Shown one piece after another: positions 53,291 to 64,000 of a DNA stretch of 64,000 nt (positions within the stretch are counted from its first letter, which is position 1; the number at the start of each line of letters is the position of its first letter). The stretch lies in the NCBI GenBank assembly GCA_946965045.2, contig OX337240.1, positions 124,001 through 188,000 on the forward strand, given 5' to 3'. This DNA comes from Epithemia pelagica. Lineage: Eukaryota; Protista; Bacillariophyta. The notes under the pieces were generated by a model. That model did not search any database. It worked only from the letters and a program-made list of their open reading frames with translations, and was not told the origin of the DNA. The position numbers and the translations under genes are program-made.

Positions 53291-56200
53291 TTAAAGCCAA
53301 TCACCATATAATCGTCCCTGTAGCTGAGGAATACTATAATCTCCTGTTTCCAGTCGCTGTGACCATGAACTTCCGATAGAAAAGAACTGGTTCTTATATT
53401 CCCTTGATTCTTCTTCCATGATTGGGAGTAATAAACCAGCTTCTCGGTAGTCAGAACTATTTAACAGATCATCCATTGAATCATATATCACCGACACTGG
53501 TGCTAACTTGACCGGTGCCACCCAGCACATACAGGCAACCATGGTTCCCTGTCGGTCATCAAATATGACCTTTCGTAGCTGCAAAGTAGTCCTATCCCGA
53601 ACAACAATATGAACAGACAACCCATCCTTTCCGATGATACAAGAAATTGGTCTTCTCTGTATCTCTAGTTTGTCTGGTCCATAATCTTCCCGGGAATAAA
53701 CTTTAATTATTCCGTCCATCAACCTGTTTCTGCCAGATTTGGTAGGCAAATCTGCAAGGTCTTGTAAATAATGCAACGCATCATGTTGGTACATGCGCAT
53801 TAGCGTAAGCTTCGTCCAATCAACAGTTGCCCTCTTAATAGACAATGCTGGTTTCACTTGCTGGATCTTCCGTTCGCCTGCGAAGCCACCTTCCCAATGA
53901 AGTGTGGCAGGTCCCATTTCATTATGAAACCTCGTTACAGCTAACAATCCCAAGGAGTTACTCTTCATGATGTTGTTCATCTTCTTATTTGTCGAGGACG
54001 TATCGTCTAATGAAGAATCATCTTGACTTGCGACATACTCGATGTTCTCCATGTCATATAGACAATCCAAATACACCTCGACCACCTGTTGCAGGTTAGC
54101 AATTGTCTTCTGGTTCAACATGAGCCATGAAATGGCGACGGTTAAGGAATCAATGAATCGTCTTACAACCTTGAGCTCTTTTTGAATTCCTTCCCGACGT
54201 AACATTCTGTGGTTGGAGAAACATGGTAAAGTTAACAAAAACTTAAGGAACCTTGCTGAGAAAAGATAATTCTCACTGACCCAAGTACCAGTTCCCCAAC
54301 TTGATGTTGATAGAGGTTGTGCTGCAAAAAATCGCGAACATCGAAGCAGTTTTATGTCTGTTAGATACTTGTTCAATTGTTTTCCCATTGTGGCAAGAGA
54401 TTCGTGACGACTCATCCACGCAAATATTAACTCTAGGACAGTCTTCATGGTCCCCAAGAAAACCATATGCATAGGTGCATAATGGCACCTTTGCATACCT
54501 GAAGAGTCACGCCATGATTCAGGGAATATTGGTACTTGATCTCCATTCTTGGCCGACAGGTAAACTTGATCGATCAGTTTATTGGTACAACCACAAGTCC
54601 GTAGGTATGCACTCAAATTGCCTTTTGTCCAATAACTCCTAGACGACCTTCCTTGCTTCGGATTGGTTGTTCGGACGTTGTGATGGGCGAAGATAACTGC
54701 CTGCTTCAGCCATGGAATACTTAGTTCCACAGATGTAAGATAATTTTGTGGATCCACAGATGTATCCTTGCGTTGTCGTTTACCATCCTGCTTGATTACC
54801 CTCGTGTTTCCATGTTGGGTAGGGTGGTTTCGCTTGTCAGAAGTATCTTCCTTACTAAAGATTGGCCTTAGGTTTGGTGGTCTAGGAGCACCTGAGGACT
54901 TGTCATATATTGTTGGATAGTTCTTCGGTGTAGCAAATTTGAAGCCTGGTTCAAACAAATTCCAGTTTTGACAGTCGGATATACAGCCTTGATTGTTGTT
55001 TGAATCCTGACCTTGTTTCATAATCCCCAGATGATTTAGTCGTTTCCGTCGACATTTGGAACAAGCGGGTAGTTTGTTTTCTTTCTGTAGCTCGTCCACT
55101 TTCGTTGCCACACCCCAGCATACAGAGTAAGTTCCATTGTGGTCTCCTACTCCAAACATGGACGTGCGTTCGGGGCGATCGATTCCAGTTACAAGTTTAC
55201 CGAGTTTTACATGCACGATTCGCTTCAATCCACCGTGAAAGAGTTTATGACCAGCCGCATTGAATTTTTGCATTTCATCTAAGAGTGCCTTTTCCACTGA
55301 TGAATGGTCGTCGCCCTTAGCTCCAAGTCCCATGAAATAAGTTGTTGCTCCACTATTGTGGTTAGAATCACAAGAACCAAGCGTAAATGTATTCACCCAA
55401 ACCTGGTTACGGGAGGATTTCGTGTTATTGGGGTCGAAATCATCTCTCCACTCCCGTAACCAGAGATGCAACTCACATTGATCTTGTTGTGAATCTTGTG
55501 ATGGCGATTCTTGTAACTCAAGTAATACTTTGCGACCATGGGGTGTAGCCGCCACGTTAGGGACACGGTCGTAGTCGTCCAAAACGATCCGAGCGGAAAT
55601 TTTCAAGTCGTCGAACTCCTGGGCTTTCCCAAATTCATTAGCTACCAAATCCACAAGAGAAACATAGGAATGCAGACCATCTGGTGTTTTCCGAACGACT
55701 GGAATTGGCAGATTTTGCATGAAAGAGTTTTTGCCTTTTAGATAGAATCTGTCAAAATCCTCAACCGACGTGGGCAATCTTGTCTGTTTGAAAATTGACA
55801 GGGAAGGGTTTGGAGCATTCCCTGCCAGTAATAGGATGTTGGCCAACAAACGGCGTTGGTTTCCCGATAGCTCAATCAACAGCGACGACATGAGAACAGA
55901 AAATTGTGCCTCTTCCCAAGTTACTTCATCCGGCTGAAGTCCAAAGGCTTTTGAAGTTAGGTACTTTAATCCATGACCATTGGCTCTCATGTTTTGCCAT
56001 ATGAAGGAGGGAGATTTTGAGCCATCAGCGAAGCCCATTGATCTCAGGGTGTCTTCCGATAGTGATGACAATAGCGGTGTATCTTGGTTGGGCGCAGAGT
56101 CTCTTCCGTTGAGTGGATCGAAACAACCATTTTGGGCCTCTTCCGTGTCTCCCATTTCGTACTCCTCATCTTCCCCTTGAAAAATAGTGTTGTTGCCATG

Positions 56201-56509
56201 AGAAGGACAATGGGAACCGGGAATATTGGTTGTATCCAACCATTTTTGCATGGCATTTCGATGAAATTTCGACTGTGCATGTCGATTTAGGGCCTTCCAT
56301 TGAGGTATATAGCCCTTCTCTCCACCAGTGTGCGCCACCTGATGGTTCAGACATGGAAGACATACCCAAAATGGAATTTTGGCATTAGAACAACATTCAT
56401 TCTGACACCTGCCGTGGTACAAACCGTTGCAGTAATTGGTTGGACCATTGGGATGGAGGCTAATTGGGGTACTTTGGCAACACTTAGGGCACTGGAAAGT
56501 TCTGTCCAT
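53291..56509 (-). CDS. EnSpm/CMC-type DDE transposase (1072 aa), intact
   Basis: N-terminal Cys/His clusters; WRDDFDPN, IDRPER..GVGDHNG, CSKC, APMHMVFLG, GPATLHWEGGFAGERKIQ. Confidence 0.85.
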   Translation of the reverse strand: MDRTFQCPKCCQSTPISLHPNGPTNYCNGLYHGRCQNECCSNAKIPFWVCLPCLNHQVAHTGGEKGYIPQWKALNRHAQSKFHRNAMQKWLDTTNIPGSHCPSHGNNTIFQGEDEEYEMGDTEEAQNGCFDPLNGRDSAPNQDTPLLSSLSEDTLRSMGFADGSKSPSFIWQNMRANGHGLKYLTSKAFGLQPDEVTWEEAQFSVLMSSLLIELSGNQRRLLANILLLAGNAPNPSLSIFKQTRLPTSVEDFDRFYLKGKNSFMQNLPIPVVRKTPDGLHSYVSLVDLVANEFGKAQEFDDLKISARIVLDDYDRVPNVAATPHGRKVLLELQESPSQDSQQDQCELHLWLREWRDDFDPNNTKSSRNQVWVNTFTLGSCDSNHNSGATTYFMGLGAKGDDHSSVEKALLDEMQKFNAAGHKLFHGGLKRIVHVKLGKLVTGIDRPERTSMFGVGDHNGTYSVCWGVATKVDELQKENKLPACSKCRRKRLNHLGIMKQGQDSNNNQGCISDCQNWNLFEPGFKFATPKNYPTIYDKSSGAPRPPNLRPIFSKEDTSDKRNHPTQHGNTRVIKQDGKRQRKDTSVDPQNYLTSVELSIPWLKQAVIFAHHNVRTTNPKQGRSSRSYWTKGNLSAYLRTCGCTNKLIDQVYLSAKNGDQVPIFPESWRDSSGMQRCHYAPMHMVFLGTMKTVLELIFAWMSRHESLATMGKQLNKYLTDIKLLRCSRFFAAQPLSTSSWGTGTWVSENYLFSARFLKFLLTLPCFSNHRMLRREGIQKELKVVRRFIDSLTVAISWLMLNQKTIANLQQVVEVYLDCLYDMENIEYVASQDDSSLDDTSSTNKKMNNIMKSNSLGLLAVTRFHNEMGPATLHWEGGFAGERKIQQVKPALSIKRATVDWTKLTLMRMYQHDALHYLQDLADLPTKSGRNRLMDGIIKVYSREDYGPDKLEIQRRPISCIIGKDGLSVHIVVRDRTTLQLRKVIFDDRQGTMVACMCWVAPVKLAPVSVIYDSMDDLLNSSDYREAGLLLPIMEEESREYKNQFFSIGSSWSQRLETGDYSIPQLQGRLYGDWL

Positions 56510-57065
56510 CGATGCCAAAATTTAGCTTTGAGGTGCGCAAAGGCAAACAGGGATGATTCGGTGCTCCACATCCACTTCAATGAAAAAATGGATACGATTT
56601 GTCGTCCATGGCGCAAGGTTTCCATCCACACTCATTTTTAGCGACTGGAAAGAGCGACCAGTGGTAATCGTGATCTTGACTCTAGTCGTGATCTTATTAG
56701 TCAGTGAATCACGGACCAGATGCAATTCGTGATTGACGCTTGAATTTGAATGTGACATGGGTGTGCTGGCGTGGGTAAAAGACGCATGCCGGGGTTTCAT
56801 TTATTTGACTATGAAGAAAAGAGTGAGGGTTGCAGGGAAGTGGACGCATGATCAGTCACTGAGCATTGGAATATTCAATATAGATATTTCAAGTACGTAT
56901 TTAGTAAAAATTCAAATATTTATTTCTAGAGCAAGGCCGGTCACGGATAAGGGAGTCTGCCTGGTTGGTAGAAAGTCATTCCGTTGGGTAGAAAGGTTGT
57001 ACTTCCACACTGTGGACCACGGCAAAAGTGCTTAATCAGTATCAACAGGGTATCTTGTAACGACG

Positions 57066-59688
57066 ATGGAAGTTGGTGTGACAGCGGAAAGCAATCCACT
57101 GCATCGGGTGGCAGCCAGAATCGACGAGAGAGTGAACGGATCGGTGCAACGTGATTCTGAGAACAATACTGGTGCGGTCAGTTACGATGTTCCATCAGCT
57201 CATCAGTACTTAGTACCGGCGGATTTTCTCCCATATCCAAAGGACTATTTCCACCCGCTGACTGGATGTAATCCAAATACAGAAGAGGAAGCAGAACGAC
57301 TATGGCCGTATCGAAAAAATCGTCGAACGGATGGTTTGAGCGACAGGAGCATGCCTGATGGTCGGGCAATGTTGTTGGAAATTCAGGCAACGCGAGACAG
57401 TTTACGAACCTTTGTTGTAAGCAAACTCAAAGATGGTTTTCGTCAAGTTGCACGCCAGAAGAATATCTTGATGTCTGGAAGGTCGTCACACCCAGTTACG
57501 TTATCCGATATCCGTGACTATCTGATTCACCTTCCCTACAACGAGGATAATAAACAAGCGGTATATGAATTGGTTCATAAATTTCACCGAGATCGTTCGT
57601 GGTTGGCTACTGTGATCGATGAGTGGCTGTATAAGAACAAGATGTATTTGTTGAAGCAAACCAAACCACAGTTTAACGAAAACAACAAGAGAACAAGAAA
57701 CAGTCCGACGGATAGAGGTGGCTTTTCTGCTGTGGGGAGGTCTGCCAAGTCACAGACTGTTGGGGGCTTAATGATCCCAATGTTGAAAAAGGCAGGGTGG
57801 AGTGTCTCTCTTACAGAGGGGCAATCAAACGAGAACAAATATGTGAAATATTGGTTCAAGCCAAGAGAGATGTACTATGTGGTTACACGTAAAACAATGG
57901 ACGATCGAATGAATGATGAAGGTCCGAACCAGGTAAGTTTTTGCCGAAACAATTATCCTTTTAAGTCTGTTCTAAGTCTTCTCATGTTGGTCGTTGTTTA
58001 TTAATTGCAATCAGGAGAGCATGGAAAAAACACGAAACTTTCTTTACGATAAGTTGGGTGTGAACGTGGATGATTCTTTTCTGACGGAGCTATACGCCCA
58101 TATTGAGGGTGAATGCTCAATCAATAAGAATACCAAGAAGAGAGCCAAAAAGGCCCCACCTAATACTACAGAAAGCAATGTATGCCATGGGAATGAAGTT
58201 GCTGAAAATGAGGGACCAGATTGTGATACTTCCGTCGTGGAAGTTGCAGATTTGATGAGTCAACCACTCTTTTCTCCAGGTATGGAAGACGCCGTTGGAA
58301 ATGAGGTAGAAATGGCCATTCAAAACACAGATTGTGAGACAGTCGTCCCGTTGGGTGTCATGCAATCTATGAAAAAAAATAAAGCACCTCAGTCTGTGCT
58401 GGGTATGATAAACTCGAATGCCCATGATGATTCACAGGTAAGAAAAAAAACTACTCTTCCATTTGGTTGTTCAATTCTAATTACTATTCTGTGTTGTTTG
58501 TGCAAAAGAATGGAAGTATGAGTAACAATGATACTCCATCATCACGAACGGGTCAATCCGGGGGGAGCAGGAGTGCTACTCTACCATATGACAACACGAC
58601 AAGGAATGATACAAACCGGGAGAGCAGAGATTCCCGGGTTGATATAGCAAAACGGGCACGTTTGGAAGATTCGCCAGCAAAGAATACACGACAAAATAAG
58701 AAGAACAGGAAGGACGGGGGCAACGAAGGTCAGCCGTTCGTTACCAACCTCCAAAAGGACAAGAGCAGGAACATGGACGGGGTGAGTAGGAGTGCTACTC
58801 TACCAAAACAGAGTATGAATAGGAGTGCTACTCTACCAGAACATATTATGACTGGAACAACGACATCCGGGGGGAGCAGGAGTACTTCTCTACCATGTGA
58901 GAACACAACAAGGAATGATACAAGCCAGGAGAGCAGAGATTCAGGTGTTGATGTAGCAAAAAGGGCACGCATGGAAGATTCGCCAGCAAAGAATACACGA
59001 CAAAATAAGAAGAACAGGAAGGAAGGGGGGAACAGAGTTGTCAAACGAACTGTTGCCCAACAAGGTCCAAGGATTCAGAATCATGTCGTTGAAACCATGA
59101 TAATTGTTAGTCCGGAGAAGCAGAAAGAGAGTAATGAGGAGGTAAGGAACGAAAACACACTGGTATATCATGTGTTGTTACAGAAATTGATTAACTGACC
59201 ATGTGTTGAGGTTCCACAGGAACAAGGACATGGAGATGCAAATGGCAAAAACAGTGGTAATGGTGAAAAGAATTTATCTTCCGAGAATAAGGTAAGAGAA
59301 AAAATCATTTCAGTTGTGGGAGGGTAATATCTAACCGGTGTGATTCTTATTTCAGGGAGAAGCGAAGTGTGACCATACAGTTTTATCCGGTTTTGTGCCA
59401 GAAGACGTATCATCGTATTTTACGCCATCATATTATATGCATAATCCACATTGGCCAAAACAGTGCCAGCGATTGTGTTGTAACAAGATGTTTGGTATCG
59501 ATGGTGGAATCAAGGTGAATTCGAGGAACCCGGTTATGTGTTGTCCCAATGCGAAGAAACATGACCACTCATGTGATTTCGCGTATTGTGCAGCATGTTA
59601 TTCGGTCCTTGTCGCAGAGAGTGGAGAGACTAGTGTAGCTCGAACACGACATACGCGTAGATCAACAAAAGATTCATCTAAGAAATAA
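57066..59688 (+). CDS. Second element gene (TnpA-position partner), 775 aa, 5 exons, C-terminal Cys-rich finger
   Basis: Exons 57066-57932, 58015-58437, 58509-59141, 59220-59291, 59356-59688. All GT-AG, all phase 0, no stops. Ends CQRLCC...CCPNA..H.HSCDFAYCAACY. Confidence 0.82.
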
Positions 59689-59859
59689 ATTGTGGTTGTC
59701 AGTTTACCTTATAGACTTTTGGTGTGCAGGTTTGTAGACAGAAAAACGTGTGTGGTGCTTTGAAAACCATCCTTGTAGAGACGGCGATCAGCATGGTCTT
59801 CGTGTCAAGTTTTGTGTCGAAGTGTAAAACTTTGTTAGAAATTTGGAATTGGGTGTCTT

Positions 59860-60160
59860 ATTCAACAGTTCATCGGTGAGTAATACCGTGTTCAACATGA
59901 CCCTTTTGAATAAAAGTTGACGACAATTTGTGTCCAATTCAGAATAATACCATTGAATAATATTGATATTGTTGAATAACAATTTGAATAGGAGATACTG
60001 ATTTAATAAGTCGATTCTGAATAAGTTTTACTGTAGTGAATAGAGTTTGATTAAGTAACATGTTGATGTGAATAGGCAAAAGCACATTCTGAATAAGCCA
60101 TTTCGCGGATCGGTGGTGAGCGAGAATATTATTCAGTGGTATAGATGTGAATATGGTAAT
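59860..60160. repeat. Right subterminal array of about 10 GAATA motifs
   Basis: ATTCTGAATAA at 60014 and 60086 (reverse complement of the 50171 motif), plus many (T/A)GAATA. Confidence 0.75.
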
Positions 60161-61912
60161 CAATGCTTAAACAAATGGTATGTTATGTGCAGTGTATGTA
60201 GGAGGGATCTACCAATGGGTCTGTTGGACTCAACGTCTTGATTTGACCACCATCCATTAGCATCTTGTTGCTGTCGTCGTCGAACATACTCTTGTCCTTT
60301 GCGCTTGCCAAAAACAGAACCAGCAATCCTCATGCATGGTGTCTCATCCATGTCAGCCACATTCTGGAAAGGCACAACTTCTCCGCAAAGTGGTGTTGTT
60401 TCAGAAATTCCATCTCGTTCAGCTTCATGGTCAGATCCCCGACAAGGCGTTTCTTCTGCTTCTTGTGCCTCCCGCAACAGTGCATCAGGCGCCCATGAAA
60501 CACGTCGCCTCTTACTCTTGGCTGCAGGGTCCTCAGCTGGCGTTGCACGTTTGCTGGATTGTTGTGCTTTCCTGGTTGTTGACAACAATGGTTTTAATGA
60601 ATCTCCCAATTCACGCAGTCGGCTTCGGTGCATCGGTAGCTTCTTCGTGCTGAGCTGGATAGGAACTGCAGCTTCAATCTGAAATCTTGTTGTTGCCTTG
60701 CCAACATAGAAATAACTAAGCTCCGTGCTGTTCCTTTCTCCTGTAAGTGGATTAGTTGGTGGATTGTAGGTTTTCTTGAATACTCCTGATGGTAACCCAC
60801 CAAAGCCACATAGAGCCTTCCTGATGGTGATCGGAGGAATTGAGTAGGGAGAAGGGATACCAAACAGCTCCCGCTCAACAATTCTTGCCCAGTGGTGTTC
60901 AACAAACCACTTTTCTTGGCATTCCACATTGCTGGATGAAACAAGCTCAAAGGCTTGTCTAATAATGGAAAGCCTCTTTCTTGATTCTGTTAACCCTCTT
61001 GGCATGATCGCAAATTTTGTGAAATGTTCGGTTGTTCGGTCGATTTCAGATCTTCATGTGCGGAAACTAATGGTTCAAATATGCTTCCAACGACTAGTGT
61101 AGGACTCAATATTGCATCCAGCGAGACACAAAGCAGACATCTTTCATATAAGCCACGACACGACGAATCGACACGCAAGAGATGCCAACCACCGACGACA
61201 ACAAGAACGACAACACCAACATGGAAGAGAAGGGTGGAAAACCTGGATCTGTGCCTCTCCTCGAAAACGCAACTCATCGGCAGCCTCAAGCACAACGACC
61301 CAGGACGACGACAACGACAATTGTGCTACTTCGACGAGAATGATTCGACGTCCCCGTAGTTCCACTACTGCTTCCTCTTCCAGCAACAAAACAACAGCAA
61401 CCAGCCACCAAACAAGACCAACAGTCGCCGTCGACCTGTTCCTTCCATTGCTTTCGACGTGGATATTGTCTTGTCCAAATGTCGCAGATCGCAGACTCAA
61501 ACAAACCATGCGTCAAACCCACACTACGAAAAACAAGACGACGACCAACAAGCAGAAAAAGGCATCACTACCATCCACTGCCAAGGCGCCACCACCACCA
61601 TTGGATCGTACCACTCCCGAACCAGAGGCCACTGCCTCGTCTTTTGCTTGTCGTCATCGATTGTGGCCGTATCCGAATAGTCGGCGGACAAAGTCTTGGA
61701 GGGCATGCATGCCGAAGCGATTAATCTCGTGCAGCAATTGTTAATAAAAATTTGGTTTTGGAGATTCCCAGTCGAGCCGCTTCCAATCAAGTCTATGCGG
61801 CCGAATGTGATTGCATTGTCTTGGGATCCAAACGCATTCGATTGCGAACCGCTGAACGCATGGCATTGCAAGCCCGCGATGTCATGTTGGCACTTTTGTC
61901 ACGACGAACCAC

Positions 61913-62964
61913 ATGAGCAAAGCCCTCTTGTACTATCATGGATCGGCCCACCGAATGCCGCAACGAGTTTGGCGGTATCCACTGCCCCTGGACAATGATA
62001 CCACCACCACCACCTTCTCCAAACCAGCAAGCAAAACCACTCAACCTAATCGTCGTGGCATTGAAGTTTGGACCACCCCTTGCATTGTAACCTGTTTTGG
62101 CCAACAGTTGTTGGCGCAGTGTAGCATGTTGCTCAATCCGGCCAATCCGCAATTGTCGGGGTTGTCGCAATTTCCCTATTTTCCGCGAGGAGGTCCCGTG
62201 CCAGCTTCCGACATAAAACCATGCACAAGGATTGGCAACCCTTGGGCCATGTCAGTGCGTGGGGTGGCATGGAAGTGGGATCGGGCATGATGTATGCCGT
62301 GTCCGTCATTGATGGCCTCGTCCATCAATTGGGAGGATGGAAATTGCGAGCCGCCTGTCAGTGGCATCAACTACAAGCGCATGTGCGACAATCCAGTGGA
62401 TTCTGGGGCGAGAAACCGGACCACCACACTACTTCCACGACCACTCCTACTCAATCGTCGTCGTCGTCGTCCCAACGTCCCATGGTCGAGGCGTGTCCCA
62501 TGGGACACGTGGTAGAAACCACGCAGGCCTGCGACGCCTTGCTCCACCACTCTGCCGCCATTTGGCATACTGCACCGCCTTTTTGTCGGCATCACGACCA
62601 GCCGGAACAGCGTCTCGCCCAGCAATCGGCCTTGAATCATCACCACCATTCCACCAACCAGAACAACCACAACAATAAGGAAATTCGATTGGCCGTGCCC
62701 TTGGTGGGTGCCGGTGCACGAGGATTTTCCGTCGACGTGGCGATTCACGTTGCGGCGCAAGTCTGTGCCGATTGGATGTTGGAACATACAGCCACCACCA
62801 ACGACAAGGATAGCAAGAAGAAGGACAATTCTCCACACACGGACCATGTTGGTACCATCACCTACACCACGGTCGTATTTGGACTCTTGGAACCAGCCCA
62901 TGCCAAACAAGTGGTGGCCGCTCTGACGGGGAGATTTGAATCACAACCACATGAAGAAGAATGA
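61913..62964 (+). pseudogene. Macro-domain (ADP-ribose binding/hydrolase) protein, frameshift near 62220
   Basis: LLNPANPQLSG, VIDGLVHQLGG, IWHTAPPF, AVPLVGAGARGF. Confidence 0.82.
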
Positions 62965-63541
62965 TTGAATCGATTGGCCGTGCTCTTGGTGGGTGCCGGT
63001 GCACGAGGATTTCCCGTCGACGTGGCGATTCACGTTGCGGCGCAAGTCTGTGCCGATTGGATGTTGGAACATACAGCCACCACCAACGACAAGGATAGCA
63101 AGAAGAAGGACAATTCTACACACACGGCAACCATGTTGGTACCATCACCAACACCATGGTCGTATTTGGACTCTTGGAACCAGCCCATGCCAAACAAGTG
63201 GTGGCCGCTCTGACGGGGAGATTTGAATCACAACCACATGAAGAAGAATGATTGAATCGATTGGCCGTGCCCTTGGTGGGTGCAGGTGCACGAGGATTTC
63301 CCGTCGACGTGGCGATTCACGTTGCGGCGCAAGTCTGTGCCGATTGCATGTTGGAACATACAGCCACCACCAACGACAAGGATAGCAAGAAGAAGGACAA
63401 TTCTCCACACACGGACCATGTTGGTACCATCACCAACACCATGGTCGTATTTGGACTCTTGGAACCAGCCCATGCCAAACAATTGGTGGCCGCTCTGACG
63501 GGGAGATTGGAATCACAACCACATGAAGAAGAATGATTGAA
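62685..63541 (+). repeat. Tandem triplication (285-287 bp) of the macro-domain 3' end
   Basis: TCGATTGGCCGTGC starts at 62685, 62970 and 63257; each unit carries the stop codon. Confidence 0.95.
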
Positions 63542-64000
63542 GAAAAGGTGTGCTAGGTAGTTTTCCAAGTTTTCTCGTCACAGACTCTGCACCAAAACCT
63601 GAGGAACAACAGTTTTGTCGGTCGTGGACACTCCCGTATCGACTACCTATACTCCAAAACCCAAACAGTTGTGCAAGAAACAACCAGGAGAACGACCCAG
63701 AAGAACACGACTGTCCGACTCCTTCGATGGAACCATCTTCCCCACACTGCAACGGCACAAAACGATAAACCACCAACCATCCTCCATGGAGCAGCCGCAG
63801 CCAAATCATCCAGAGGACCAACCACCACATCAAGTGACGTCCTTTTCCCGCGTCTTGCAGCAATTACACAAGGCGTGTTGTCAGAGTGACCTGGACGATA
63901 CCACGACGTATCCCTGCATGTCTTTGCCGATCAACAAGGCTTGGTGGCTTTCAGTCATTATGATGTATGGTTGGGATTGGAACGATGGACAAAGCCACTC

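Larger units (their letters stand above)
50120..60194. mobile_element. 10,075-bp CACTG (EnSpm/CMC) DNA transposon with cargo genes
   Basis: CACTGCACAT at 50120 and ATGTGCAGTG ending at 60194; TA at 50118-19 and 60195-96; AT-rich subterminal motif arrays; empty site restores the host ORF. Confidence 0.93.
47569..61005 (-). pseudogene. Sola2-like DDD transposase with C-terminal SAP domain (about 1120 codons), split by the CACTG element; two nonsense codons
   Basis: VLTDFS, IWSDNCASQYK, HFKGPHDAAGKVAK; SAP-like TVTTLRAKCQQFKLPLSGKKLDLIQRL. Removing 50120-60196 (the element plus one TA) joins 61005-60197 to 50119-47569 in frame (LLHT|LVVPIEK). TGA at 49264, TAA at 47788. Confidence 0.82.

Noticed and set aside
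61095-61099. TAGTG as the right end of the EnSpm element
   Set aside because: No matching left end; the true ends at 50120 and 60194 have TIR, TSD and frame restoration.
47278-61150. Sola TIR pair at about 47278-47305 and 61135-61160
   Set aside because: Only about 18/25 with a gap, and no TSD; ends left undefined.
61460-61910. Decayed plus-strand coding frame (…R.AIVNKNLVLEIP…AERMALQARD…)
   Set aside because: Contains stops and has no identifiable domain.

Overview
Eukaryotic, most likely pennate-diatom, genomic DNA. This is inferred from CoDi-type Copia elements, short GT-AG introns and Gln/Thr/Ser low-complexity proteins. The window is a mosaic of a few intact host genes, many damaged host genes and nested transposons. 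Intact host genes: a phytyl-ester-synthase-like acyltransferase, a P450, a silaffin-like RXL precursor and three ISG12/IFI27-like genes. Damaged host genes: glutaredoxin-DEP, vacuolar sorting receptor, kinase, BioF, SET, amino-acid permease and macro-domain. The main structures read from the sequence are: (1) a 10,075-bp CACTG/EnSpm-type element (50120-60194, TA TSD) carrying an intact transposase, an intact 5-exon partner gene, a class-III-aminotransferase-like gene and a GNAT-like ORF, inserted in-frame into a Sola2-like transposase; (2) a 6.9-kb element (17097-24034, TTA TSD) with a RAG1/Transib/Chapaev-like transposase and a convergent BAH-like gene, inserted in the sorting-receptor gene; (3) a six-copy ISG12-like family, some members with a split CxxC/CxxC pair; (4) a young Copia (34088-40374) whose gag and pol are joined by a TGA-CAA-CCA plus stem-loop readthrough signal; (5) two Copia primer-binding sites that match internal tRNA segments rather than tRNA 3' ends. 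No rRNA, tRNA gene or CRISPR array was found. All family assignments come from motif recognition by eye, with no database search.
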